Shown in pieces: positions 48,875 to 61,705 of a stretch of DNA of 64,000 nt. A model generated the notes under the pieces. The model had not been told where the DNA came from. It did not search any database and saw nothing but the letters and a program-made list of their open reading frames with translations. Source of the DNA: Mytilus trossulus (lineage: Eukaryota); contig NC_086380.1 of NCBI RefSeq assembly GCF_036588685.1, forward strand, positions 70,618,001-70,682,000, given 5' to 3'. The position numbers were made by a program, and so were the translations under genes. Within the stretch, counting starts at the first letter, position 1, and each line of letters begins with the position of its first letter.

Positions 48875-51367
48875 ATATTGATACATATTCGTAAAATATA
48901 ATGAAATTACACTTTTAAGTTAAAGCGACATACCTGTTCTATGATTTGTGTGTAAATTCTACAATGTCAAACTTCTCGCTATTCGATTTTTGTTTTAAAA
49001 TTTTCAAGTCTTACAGTTCTACGAAATTTCAAATATGGCCGCTAGACTTTCAACCGACGTCATAATAAACCTCCAATTTTAACGTGGTCAATATGATTAT
49101 ATTGATTCCCTCCAAAACATATTTTGTTGAATTCCGTCCAGGAGAAAGCATTTTTTTTTTAATTTTCATATGACTGGTTAGTTCTTGTTGTTCCGTCTTA
49201 CATGGGAATTAACGGCAAATAGTTCACGTAAACATCGCATAATCATAAGATAAAACATAGAAATTACTTTTTTCCACCTGATTTTATTTTGATTTGTTTC
49301 AAATGATGCATCAAGACAGTTTACCGTTTATTAATACGTAGAATATATTTGGTTTTATCTTATTTGCGCATCAAGACAGTGTCAATTGATAAATAGACCG
49401 AATACTGTGCGTAACGTCACTATGATTAATCTTTGTCAAAAGTTAGTTTCAGTGTTATCAATAAAGACAGTCTTCCATGCATGCGTTGCGAGCAGATCTG
49501 ATATATATTATTTCGGTGCGTTCCTTATAAATTTGCTAATAGTTATATATATATATATGAATAAAGATTTTGATACTTAGCTATTTGATTACGACATTGT
49601 TAATTAAACCCCATCGGTACTGGCATTTTCAAATTTTGAAAATGGTGGATTGAACCTGGTTATATTGCGCTAAACCTGTCACGTGTATGACAGTATCATC
49701 AAATTCTGTCATATTTACACCGATGCATGAACAAAACAGACATAATAGGTAAAATTGTCAAAATATGGATACAGCAGTCAAATATTAATACTAATAATTA
49801 CATATATCGATATTACAAAAACACAGCTATATTTTAAAAGTATTGCATTGATGTTTTAAAAGTATCGCATTGTTTATTTATGTAAATAAGAAAAACACAG
49901 CACTTCAAATTTTACACGGACATAACCTTTAGCTTCTAACTAACTTCTGAATGTATATTTAGACTCAATTGTTGTTTGTATTTGAACAATAGTTTTAAAG
50001 TTAGATTTTCTTAATTTTTCGTTGCCGAAAACAACATTTTCCGCATTGAATGTCTGCATATTTACAATTGATATTAGACAATATCACTCATTGATATAAG
50101 AAAAGTTTTTATCGATACGCTTCTTCCATAGACTGATTAACTACTGAGATGGTGATACCCTTCACTGACCACTGAGAAGGTGATACCCTTCACTGACCAC
50201 TGAGATGGTGATACCCTTCACTGACCACTGAGATGGTGATACCCTTCACTGACCACTGAGATGGTGATACCCTTCACTGACCACTGTTATGGTGATACCC
50301 TTCACTGACCACTGAGATTGTAAATCCCTTCACTGACCACTGAGATGGTGATACCATTCACTGACTACTGAGATGGTTATACCCTTCACTGACCACTGAG
50401 ATGGTTATACCCTTCACTGACTACTTAGGTAATGATACCCTAACTGACCATTGTGATAGTGATACCCTTCACTGACCACTGAGATGGTGATACCCTTCAC
50501 TGACCCCTGAGATGGTTATACCCTTCACTGACCACTGAGATGGTGATACCCTTCACTGACCACTGAGATGACGATACCCTTCACTGACCACTGAGATGGT
50601 GATACCCTTCACTGACCACTGAGATGGTGATACCCTTCACTGACCACTGAGATGGTGATACCCTTCACCTACCACTGAGAAGGTGATACCCTTCACTGAC
50701 CACTGAGATGGTGATACCCTTCACTGACCAGTGAGATGGTGATACCCTTCACTGACTACTGAGATGGTGATACCCTTCACTGACCACTGAGATGGTTATA
50801 CCCTTCACTGACCACTGAGATGGTGATACCCTTCACTGACCACTGAGATGGTGATACCCTTCACTGACCACTGAGATGGTGATACCCTTCACTGACCACT
50901 GAGATGGTGATACCCTTCACTGACCACTGAGATTGTAAATCCCTTCACTGACCACTGAGATGGTGATACCCTTAATTCATCGAAGATTGATCTTACCTGA
51001 GGGAGTTAAAAGTCAACCTATTTAAAATCAGGTAAACTAATGTTGTTTAAAATCCCATTTTTTGCAAATTTGAACTCAGAAATCCCCCCTCTGTTTATAT
51101 TTGTAGAATGTCAGTCATATAGTGTTTAATACTTATGGGACGACACATGTCCGAAACTTACTAATCTGTTTTTTTTGGTAATCTCGTCATCACATTAGGA
51201 TATTTTAAAACGGCATAAATGTATTGGTGACATTAGAAAACAAATATTATTTTTTTTTATCAAATATTAATCATTTACATTCAGGTTTATTATATATACC
51301 ACACAACTGTTGGATTTGTCACATCGTGTCTATCAGTCCACCAGTCGAACGAGTTTTATTATAAGTC

Positions 51368-53906
51368 ATGGCAAAAATGATCTCAGCCCTTCTCTTTGTC
51401 AGTTTTTCTTGTTTATCTGAGTTTGGACCTACATTTGCTGAACGTATAAAACAGAACACTACATACACGAATGGCTATGGTGTATCTTTAAAGCAGACCA
51501 CGACACATATAGATGATGGTGGTGTATCTTCAAAGCAGACCACGATTTACAAAAATGATGGTGGTGTATCATCAGAACAGACCACGATTTACAAAAATGA
51601 TGGTGGTGTATCTTCAGAGTCGACCACGACACACATAGATGATGGTGGTGTATCTTTAAAACAGACCACGACATGCATAGATGATGGTGGTGTATCTTCA
51701 GAACAGACCACGACATACATAGATGATGGTGGTGTATCTTTAAAACAGACCACGACAAACATAGATGATGGTGGTGTATCTTTAAAACAGACCACGACAT
51801 GCATAGATGATGGTGGTGTATCTTCAGAACAGACCACGACATACATAGATGATGGTGGTGTATCTTTAAAACAGACCACGACATGCATAGATGATGGTGG
51901 TGTATCTTCAGAGTCGACCACGACACACATAGATGATGGTGGTGTATCTTCAGAACAGACCACGACATACATAGATGATGGTGTTGTATCTTCAGATCAG
52001 ACGACGACATACATAGATGATGGTAGTGTATCGTCAGAGCAAACCACGACATACATAGATGATGGTGGTGTATCTTCAGGGCACACCACGACATACATAG
52101 ATGATGGTGTTGTATCTTCAGAACAGACCACGACATACATAGATGATGATGGTGTATCTTCAGAGCCGACCACGACATACATAGATGATGGTGTTGTATC
52201 TTCAGAACAGACCACGACATACATAGATGATGATGGTGTATCTTCAGAGCCGACCACGACATACATAGATGATGGTGGTGTATCTTCAGGGCAGACCACG
52301 ACATACATAGATGATGGTGTTGTATCTTCAGAACAGACCACGACATACATAGATGATGATGGTGTATCTTCAGAGCAGACCACGACATACATAGATGATG
52401 GTGGTGTATCTTCAGAACAGACCACGACATACATAGATGATGGTGGTGTATCTTCAGAACAGACCACGACATACATAGATGATGGTGGTGTATCTTTAAA
52501 ACAGACCACGACATGCATAGATGATGGTGGTGTATCTTCAGAACAGACCACGACATACATAGATGATGGTGGTGTATCTTTAAAACAGACCACGACATGC
52601 ATAGATGATGGTGGTGTATCTTCAGAGTCGACCACGACACACATAGATGATGGTGGTGTATCTTCAGAACAGACCACGACATACATAGATGATGGTGTTG
52701 TATCTTCAGATCAGACGACGACATACATAGATGATGGTAGTGTATCGTCAGAGCAAACCACGACATACATAGATGATGGTGGTGTATCTTCAGGGCACAC
52801 CACGACATACATAGATGATGGTGTTGTATCTTCAGAACAGACCACGACATACATAGATGATGATGGTGTATCTTCAGAGCCGACCACGACATACATAGAT
52901 GATGGTGTTGTATCTTCAGAACAGACCACGACATACATAGATGATGATGGTGTATCTTCAGAGCCGACCACGACATACATAGATGATGGTGGTGTATCTT
53001 CAGGGCAGACCACGACATACATAGATGATGGTGGTGTATCTTCAGGGCAGACCACGACATACATAGATGATGGTGGTGTATCTTCAGGGCAGACCACGAC
53101 ATACATAGATGATGGTGGTGTATCTTCAGAACAGACCACGACATACATAGATGATGGTGGTGTATCTTCAGAACAGACCACGACATACATAGATGATGGT
53201 GGTGTATCTTCAGAACAGACCACGACATACATAGATGATGTTGGTGTATCTTCAGAACAGACCACGACATACATAGATGATGGTGGTGTATCTTCAGAAC
53301 AGACCACGACATACATAGATGATGGTGGTGTATCTTCAGAACAGACCACGACATACAAAGATGATGGTGGTGTATCTTCAGAGCCGACCACTACATACAT
53401 AGATGATGGTGGTGTATCTTTAGAGCAGACCACGACATACATAGATGATGGTGGTGTATCTTTAGAGCAGACCACGACATACATAGATGATGGTGGTGTA
53501 TCTTCAGAACAGACCACGACAAACATAGATAATGGTGGTGTATCTTCAAACCAGACGACGACATACATAGATGATGGTGGTGTAACTTTAGAGCAGACCA
53601 CGACAAACATAGATAATGGTGGTGTATCTTCAAACCAGACGACGACATACATAGATGATGGTGGTGTATCATCAAAGCCGACCACGACATACCTAGTTGA
53701 TGTTGGTGTATCTTCAAAACAGACCACGGCATACATAGATGATGGTGGTATAGCTACAGAGCAGACCACGACATACAAAGATGATGATGGTGTACCGTCA
53801 AAGCGGACCACGACATACATAGATGATGGTAATATAGCTACAGATCAGACAAGAAAATTCATGGATGACTATGGTGTATCATTGAAAACAACTGTAGAAA
53901 AAATAA
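51368..53906 (+). CDS. Coding exon 1 of GPCR paralogue B: signal peptide plus about 58 14-aa repeats
   Basis: GTCATGG start, open 42-bp array, phase-1 donor A|GTAAGT at 53906/53907. Confidence 0.8.
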
Positions 53907-54669
53907 GTAAGTATAAAATATTTTTTTTCTGAAAACCAACTTATTAAACAAAAGTGGTATCATAGTTTCCTTTTGGTCTATTTTACATTGTTGTTTGATA
54001 AATTTTGTTTTGTACTTCAATTATAGTTCTGTATTACTAAATGTCAATCAAATCTAGTACAATATATTGATTTTACCACCCTGCTAATTAGTTTCTGTTT
54101 ATCATTCATCAAGAGACAAATACATTAGATTATAATTAGAGCGAATATAATTCTAGATTATCGTTTCATTTAACTGCTCATCTGATCAACACCTATTAAA
54201 TAAAAACACGTATAATCCATCAGATAAACGCAGATTGTTATAGAACTCAATTTCAAAGAAAATATATATTAAGGTTAAAAGAATTTTTTTTTTAAATTCT
54301 GAAACTGTGCTATTTTACAGTCAAATTGCATTGACCATATAATATGTACATGTGATAAACAGAGTTTAATCGTGTCTTGTTTAATTTTTACACTTTAAGG
54401 AATAACACATGAGTCGGTTTCACTAACTATTTACGACTAATTAGTTAAAGTCTTTTGTGAAACCGACTACAGCTTCGAGGAATGTTTACGTTGCCCGCTT
54501 AAAATTCAAAATATTTCATCTGGAACAGTTGTTAGAGTTTCATCTCAAAGAGAATAACTATGCATTGTCTCGAAATATAAAATGTGTAGTCAGCTCAGTG
54601 CAGGATAGAAAGGCCTGATGCAGCCTCTCATTCTGTACCAAACCAGGAATATGACAGTTGTTTTACACT

Positions 54670-55370
54670 CTTGGCTGATATCGTTTACATTTGTCAGTTT
54701 TTTACTCTATCTGTTGGCTGATATCGTTTACATTTGTAGTCAGATCAGTACAGACTGGCGCAGCCTCTTATTCTGTACCAAGTCAGGAATATGACAGTTG
54801 TTTTTCACTCGATCTGTTGGCTGATATAGTTTACATTTGTCAGTTGTTTTTCACTCGATCTGTTGGCTGATATAGTTTACATTTGTCAGTTGTTTTTCAC
54901 TCGATCTGTTGGCTGATATCGTTTACATTTGTCAGTTTTTCACTCGATCTGTTGGCTGATATCGTTTACATTTGTCAGTTTTTCACTCGATCTGTTGGCT
55001 GATATCGTTTACTTTGTCAGTTGTTTTTCACTCGATCTGTTGGCTGATATCGTTTACATTTGCCAGTTGTTTTTTACTCGATCTGTTGGCTGATATCGTT
55101 TTCATTTGTCAGTTTTTCACTCCATCTGTTGGCTGATATCGTTTACATTTGTCAGTTTACAACCTATATGTTGGCTGATATCGTTTACATTTGTCAGTTT
55201 ACACACTATCTGTTAGCTGATATCAGTTACATTTGTCAGTTTACACTCTATCTGTTGGCTGATATCGTTTACATTTGTCAGTTTAAACTCTATTTGTTGG
55301 CTGATATCGTTTACATTTGTCAGTTTACACTCTATCTGTTGGTTGATATCGTTTACATTTGTCAGTTTTT
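54670..55370. repeat. About 42-45-bp intronic minisatellite (CTGTTGGCTGATATCGTTTACATTTGTCAGT...)
   Basis: Many units here; only about 2 units at the paralogous site 2130-2215. Confidence 0.9.
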
Positions 55371-55719
55371 ATGGAATTCCCCTTTTGAAGTTTACCTTGG
55401 AGTTTGGTATTTTCGTTACACTTTTACTTGTTTCTAGGCCTTAAACAAATAAACTTTATATTTCAAGAAAAATATTTAGCTTTTCGATATATATTTTTTG
55501 TGCAGTCAAACTGCATTACCGTATGAATATTATATACATACATAGAGATATTCAAGGAAACCCAAGTGGTCAAATTAACATCAGAATACATGTATATCTG
55601 TCATACTTGGTATTATAAAATTCTCTTTATTTTAAGAACCAAAATATGTGTTTGCCATAATTCTAAAGAACAAAAATAAATATAAAATACTTGTCTGTCC
55701 CCCCCCCCCTTGTTATAGA

Positions 55720-58400
55720 CTTTACAATGATTCTTACAACTGTAGCAGGCTATGCGCTTTTTCTGTTTCCCTCTTCTTATAGTTTTTACAATGATTCTTA
55801 CAACTGTAGCAGGCTATGCGCTTTTTCTGTTTCTCTCTTGTTATATTTTTTACGATGATTCTTACAACTGTAGCAGGCTATGCGCTTTTTCTGTTTCCCT
55901 CTTCTTATAGTTTTTACGATGATTCTTACAACTGTAGCAGGCTTTGCGCTTTTTCTGTTTCTCTCTTGTTATAGTTTTTACGATGATTCTTACAACTGTA
56001 GCAGGCTATGCGCTTTTTCTGTTTCCCTCTTCTTATAGTTTTTACGATGATTCTTACAACTGTAGCAGGCTATGCGCTTTTTCTGTTTCTCTCTTGTTAT
56101 AGTTTTTACGATGATTCTTACGACTGTAGCAGGCTATGCGCTTTTTCTGTTTCCCTCTTCTTATAGTTTTTACGACGGTTCTTAAAAACTGGAGCAAGCT
56201 ATGCGCTTTTTCTGTTTCCCTCTTCTTATAGTTTTTACGACACTTCTTAGAACTTTATCAGCAAGCTATGCACTTCTTCTGTTTCCCTCTTATTAAAGTT
56301 TTTACGACGATTCTTAGAATTGGAGCAAGCTATGCGCTTCTTCTGTTTCCCTCTTGTCATAGTTTTTACGACAATTAATAGAACTAGAGCAAGCTATGCG
56401 CTTCTTAATATAGTTTTAAAGACGATTCCTATAATTGGAGCAATCTATGCGTTCTTCTGTTTCCCTCTTGTTATAGTTTTTACGACAATTCATAGAACTA
56501 GAGCAAGCTATGCGCTTCTTCTGCTTGCCTCTTAATATAGTTTTACGACGATTCTTAATACGGGAGCTAGAGATGCGCTTCTTCTGTTTCCCTCTTTCTC
56601 CTCTTGGAGTTTGGTATTTTCGTTACACTTTTACTTGTCTCTAGGCCTTAAACAAATAAACTTTATATTTCAAGAAAATATTTAGCTTTTCGATATATAT
56701 TTTTTGTGCAGTCAAACTGCATTACCGTATGAATATTATATACATACATAGAGATATTCAAGGAAACCCAAGTGGTCAAATTAACATCAGAATACATGTA
56801 TATCTGTCATACTTGGTATTATAAAATTCTCTTTATTTTAAGAACCTAAATATGTGTTTGCCATAATTCTAAAGAACAAAAATAAATATAAAATACTTGT
56901 CTGTCCCCCCCCCCCTTGTTATAGACTTTACAATGATTCTTACAACTGAAGCAGGCTATGCGCTTTTTCTGTTTCCCTCTTCTTATAGTTTTTACAATGA
57001 TTCTTACAACTGTAGCAGGCTATGCGCTTTTTCTGTTTCTCTCTTGTTATATTTTTTACGATGATTCTTACAACTGTAGCAGGGTATGCGCTTTTTCTGT
57101 TTCCCTCTTCTTACAGTTTTTACGATGATTCTTACAACTGTAGCAGGCTTTGCGCTTTTTCTGTTTCTCTCTTGTTATAGTTTTTACGATGATTCTTACA
57201 ACTGTAGCAGGCTATGCGCTTTTTCTGTTTCCCTCTTCTTATAGTTTTTACGATGATTCTTACAACTGTAGCAGGCTATGCGCTTTTTCTGTTTCCCTCT
57301 TCTTATAGTTTTTACGACGGTTCTTAAAAACTGGAGCAAGCTATGCGCTTTTTCTGTTTCCCTCTTCTTATAGTTTTTACGACACTTCTTAGAACTTTAT
57401 CAGCAAGCTATGCACTTCTTCTGTTTCCCTCTTATTAAAGTTTTTACGACGATTCTTAGAATTGGAGCAAGCTATGCGCTTCTTCTGTTTCCCTCTTGTC
57501 ATAGTTTTTACGACAATTAATAGAACTAGAGCAAGCTATGCGCTTCTTAATATAGTTTTAAAGACGATTCCTATAATTGGAGCAATCTATGCGTTCTTCT
57601 GTTTCCCTCTTGTTATAGTTTTTACGACAATTCATAGAACTAGAGCAAGCTATGCGCTTCTTCTGCTTGCCTCTTAATATAGTTTTACGACGATTCTTAA
57701 TACGGGAGCTAGAGATGCGCTTCTTCTGTTTCCCTCTTTCTCCTCTTAATATAGTTTTACGACGATTCTTAGTACGGGAGCTAGAGATGCGCTTCTTCTG
57801 TTTCCCTCTTTCTAAGAACTGAAGCAAGCTTTGTGATTCTTCTGTTTCCCTCTTGTTATAATTTTTACGACGATTCTAACAACTGGAGCAAGCTATGTGC
57901 TTCTTCTGTTTCCCTTTTCTTATAGTTTTGACAACGATTGTTAGAACAAGAGCAAGCTATGAGCTTTTTATGTTTCTCTCCTGTTATAGGTTTTACGACG
58001 ATTATTTTAACTGGAGCAAGGTATGCACTTCTTTTGTTTGCCTCTTAATATAGTTTGTACGACGATTCTTAAAACTGGAGCAAGCTATGAGCCTCTTCTG
58101 TTTCCCTCTTGTAAAAGTTTTTACGACGATTTTTACAACTTGGGCAAGCTATGTGTTTCTTCTGTTTCCCTATTGTTATAGTTTTTTGGACGATTCTAAG
58201 AACGGAAGCAAGTTGTGCGTTTCTTCTGGTTCCCTCTTTTTTAGAACATGAGCAAGCTGTGCGTTTCTTCTATTTCCCTCTAGTTATAGATTTTAAGACG
58301 ATTCTTAGAACTAGAACAAGCTTGGTGCTTCTTCTGTTTCCCTGTTGTTATAGTTTGTACGACGATTCTTAGAAATTTGAGCAACCTATGCACTTTTTCT
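55720..58400. repeat. 65-bp intronic minisatellite, interrupted by a ~1.2-kb duplication (about 55398-56604 and 56605-57746)
   Basis: Unit GCTATGCGCTTTTTCTGTTTCCCTCTT...; identical ORFs at 56320 and 57462. Confidence 0.9.
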
Positions 58401-59185
58401 TTTATGCCTGATATAACGATAATTACTAGCATTCAAATGAAGTAAAGTTTCCTATGCATGAGATTGTGGTCGTTACTAGTATTCACATGATGTAGAGTTC
58501 CCCATGCCTGATATAGATCATTGCTAGTATTCAAATGAAGTAGAGTTCACAATGCCTGAGATAGAGGTCGTAACTAGTATACAGATACCGTATAAGACAA
58601 AGAAAATATTGATTAAAGATATTTTTGATCTCAAACTACGCAGAGGTTTTTAATAAATGACTTTACGATATGGCTTTTGCTCAGTGTTAAAGGCAGTATA
58701 GTTGAGATATGTCTTATCGGCAATTAAACCATATATCTGAGTTATATTTTACAGTAATGCTTCATCTCGCTATTTACATCTACCCTTAGGCTCGTGAAAA
58801 TGGTTGAATATGATAGTTTTACGAGAAGACAGAGTATTTAATCTCACAACAATAAAACATATAGAAACAACTATAAATGTGATTTAATTAATGTTCGTCA
58901 TTGAAAGTTAGCCGACTGAAAAGTTTAAATGGAAGAAATTTTTTCCTGATACATAAACCTAGGAAATTTCAATTTGTATAGAAAGTAAACTGGATAAAAT
59001 TAGATCTGATGTCTGGATGCCAAATGAGGGTATCTCCCCAAACCAATTCCATGTGTAAAATCTTATCATAAAACGCACAGGCGCTTATAAAGGACTCTTT
59101 TATTTGTTGTTTTACCGTACAATCAAGTATTATTATATTTGTAATAGATATGCATGGTATTATGGAACACTTTTTTCTATTTCAG

Positions 59186-60894
59186 AATATATGAATCGAA
59201 TAAAATGCGAAATAATGAATTTGACGGATATCGTTTTGCCATCTGCTTCGGGACGGGTGTACCCTGTGAATAAATCAAGTCAGTCGCTTCTGATATGGTT
59301 TGATGACTTCAGCTATCTTTCACTTTCCATTAGCAAGAATTGTGTTAGCCTCGCATTAGATATGTTTCTCGACATAATTATAGATGTAGCATATTTACAA
59401 GACTTTCTAACAAAATGCCCGGATAAAACATTCAGTCAAGACATATTGTGTGACTCTACTCTGGCCTATAATGTCAGCTACATTAAAGACGTGTTCCCAC
59501 ACTTTTCCAATGTACAGATATATTTTATCGATAAGTTGGACCACTGCACAGCGCAATTTAATGCATTTTTGGAATCAGAAAACCATTTATTAACAAATGC
59601 AGAAATCTACCATTTCCTTACGAATAAGACAATCTGCTGGAAACATGTTTATTTCACTTATATATTAAATGTTAAGTTTTCGTTGAAAGACTTAAGTGAT
59701 GATAGAAATACCATTAAAACAGGTAGTTTATCAAAGCATAGATCGAAGGCTGACGTATATATCATACTTCAACACCAAGCATGTCAAGAACAATTTCTTC
59801 ATTACATCTATTGGAATGGTTTACATGTGAAAGAAAACGACACGTACCTCCTGAGTATTGATAATATCATCACGTTTAATGAGGGAAACAATTGTATTCA
59901 CGTTCGTGGTCCATGCCCAGATAGATATATCCAGGCCGCACTGGCATTTCCAAAGTCAGCAGTAGTTTATTTGGAAACCGCAATAGCAGTAGAAGTGACA
60001 CTTGTGAACGGTGTCATGTTATATATTTTTCTGCAAAAGAAGAACCGAACACCGGTCACTTTACTCCTTTCAGCTCTGGCTATATCTGATACTACAGTCG
60101 CAATCCTCATGACCATTCCAACATGTATTGCCTTTCAGATATATGGTCACCAGATGGATTACAGAGATATAATGCCTGTGTGGTATATATTTGACTATCC
60201 ACAATGTATAATGTATTTATTTATTGATGAATTGAAGTTTACCTTCCACTTTGTATCAGTTTTAATAACAACACTTTTATGTCTACAAAAAACTGCCGCT
60301 CTTCTATTTCCAATGTGGAGCAAACGCCATTTGAGTAATACTGTGAGTGTAGTATGTTCAGTTTGTATAGTTATCTTTTGTTTTGGTATTTTTACCCCTA
60401 TTCTGTATAGTTCATTTTTAATGGAAGAGGTTCAAGGCAGTTGTTGTCGTAAATCGTCAGTTATATATCCTAAAGTATACACTTACTTGTATACAATAGT
60501 TTACGGGTGTACCATTCTAGCATGTTTAATTGTAATCGTCTTTACAGTTTATATAGTATGCAAGTTAACAATTTGTAGAAGAAATCTTCCATGGACTGAT
60601 AGTTTGGCTGTTCAGAAAAGAAACAGAATTTCAGCATTAACAGTAGTTTTAATTTGTATTATATTTGTTGTATCAGAGTCCGTGTCTATTGTTGCATTTT
60701 CCCATTTTACACTGATGCTTTTTGACATTAACAGTGCATTGCCATTCTATTTAGATATCAAACAATACGTAGATCTCAGTTTAATACTTGGATTCTCTTT
60801 AAACTTTATAATTTATATTGTTATGAGTAGAGAGTTTCGAAATAAATTGTGGATTACCGTTACAAATATTGTAAGATGTTGCAAATGTTGGTAA
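59186..60894 (+). CDS. Coding exon 2 of GPCR paralogue B (ectodomain plus 7TM); spliced protein predicted at 1415 aa
   Basis: Acceptor TATTTCAG at 59185 in phase with exon 1; collinear with 8393-10086. Confidence 0.85.
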
Positions 60895-61369
60895 CGTGGG
60901 TATTCTGGTATTTCAGACCATCCGTCAATTTCTGCTTGTAATTCTTGTCCTCTAACGAGCATCCTCATGGGTTTTTGATTATGTGTTTTTATGATCGTAT
61001 TTTGTTTTTTATTGATCATTTGATAATTTAGGACTGCAATTTTGATAATTTGATTATCCAAAATTTAATTAATGATTATACAGGGAGAAAATGTGATTAT
61101 TTGGATGTTATATTCAGTATATTGATATTTAACATGAATGTAGTTCATGCACTAAACTTTAATCTTTCGCTTTTATCACATGTTTTGCATTTTTTGTATA
61201 TTTATTGATTATATTGTTTTTGTGCCTCACGAAAATGTATTATTTTTGCTGAAATGCAGTTTTACATACTATCTATTACCACATATAAAATTTAAATTAT
61301 GTTTGTTACAAATTTATTAATGATGTTTAAAACAAAATCGTGATTTTTTTAATTATTATTACTTGGTCA

Positions 61370-61705
61370 ATGCCACTACTGAAGGACGTGTCGTCCACGA
61401 GGGTATCACTAGCCCGTAGTCAACACTTCGGGTTGACATGACTATCAATAATGTGGTCATTTTTATAAATTTCCTGTTTACCAAACTTTGAAATTTTTGA
61501 AAAACTTAGGATTTTCTTATTCCAGGCATAGATTACTTAAGCCGTATTTGGCACAACTTTTTGGAATTTTGAATCCTCAATGCTCTTCAACTTTGTACTT
61601 GTTTGGCTTTATACATATTTTGATATGAGCGTCACTGATAAGTCTTTTTAAGATGAAACGCGCGTCTGGCGTACTAAATTATAATCCTGGTACCTTTGAT
61701 AACTA
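61370..61705 (+). mobile_element. Single retrozyme monomer with a mutated hammerhead (61627-61672)
   Basis: Reverse complement of the 355-bp unit at 7501-7855; core reads CTGATAAG instead of CTGATGAG. Confidence 0.75.

Larger units (their letters stand above)
45568..52043. repeat. Near-identical tandem duplication (45568-48821 and 48832-52043; offset 3264 bp)
   Basis: Identical ORFs at 46122/49386 and 48104/51368; A-rich junction; copies differ by one 42-bp unit. Confidence 0.9.

Noticed and set aside
51459-53820. Long minus-strand poly-His (KIHHHHLCMSWS) and MYVVVCSEDTPPSS ORFs, also at 540-1363 and 48195-48788
   Set aside because: Antisense shadows of the 42-bp coding repeat; only the plus frame has a signal peptide and splice donor
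55060-58372. Hydrophobic ORFs in the paralogue B intron
   Set aside because: Derived from 43-bp and 65-bp minisatellites; no counterpart exons in paralogue A
59104-59185. N-terminal extension of the 596-aa 7TM ORF, and ATG 8407 as start of paralogue A
   Set aside because: The extension lies upstream of a conserved splice acceptor, and neither start gives a signal peptide; the spliced model explains both copies
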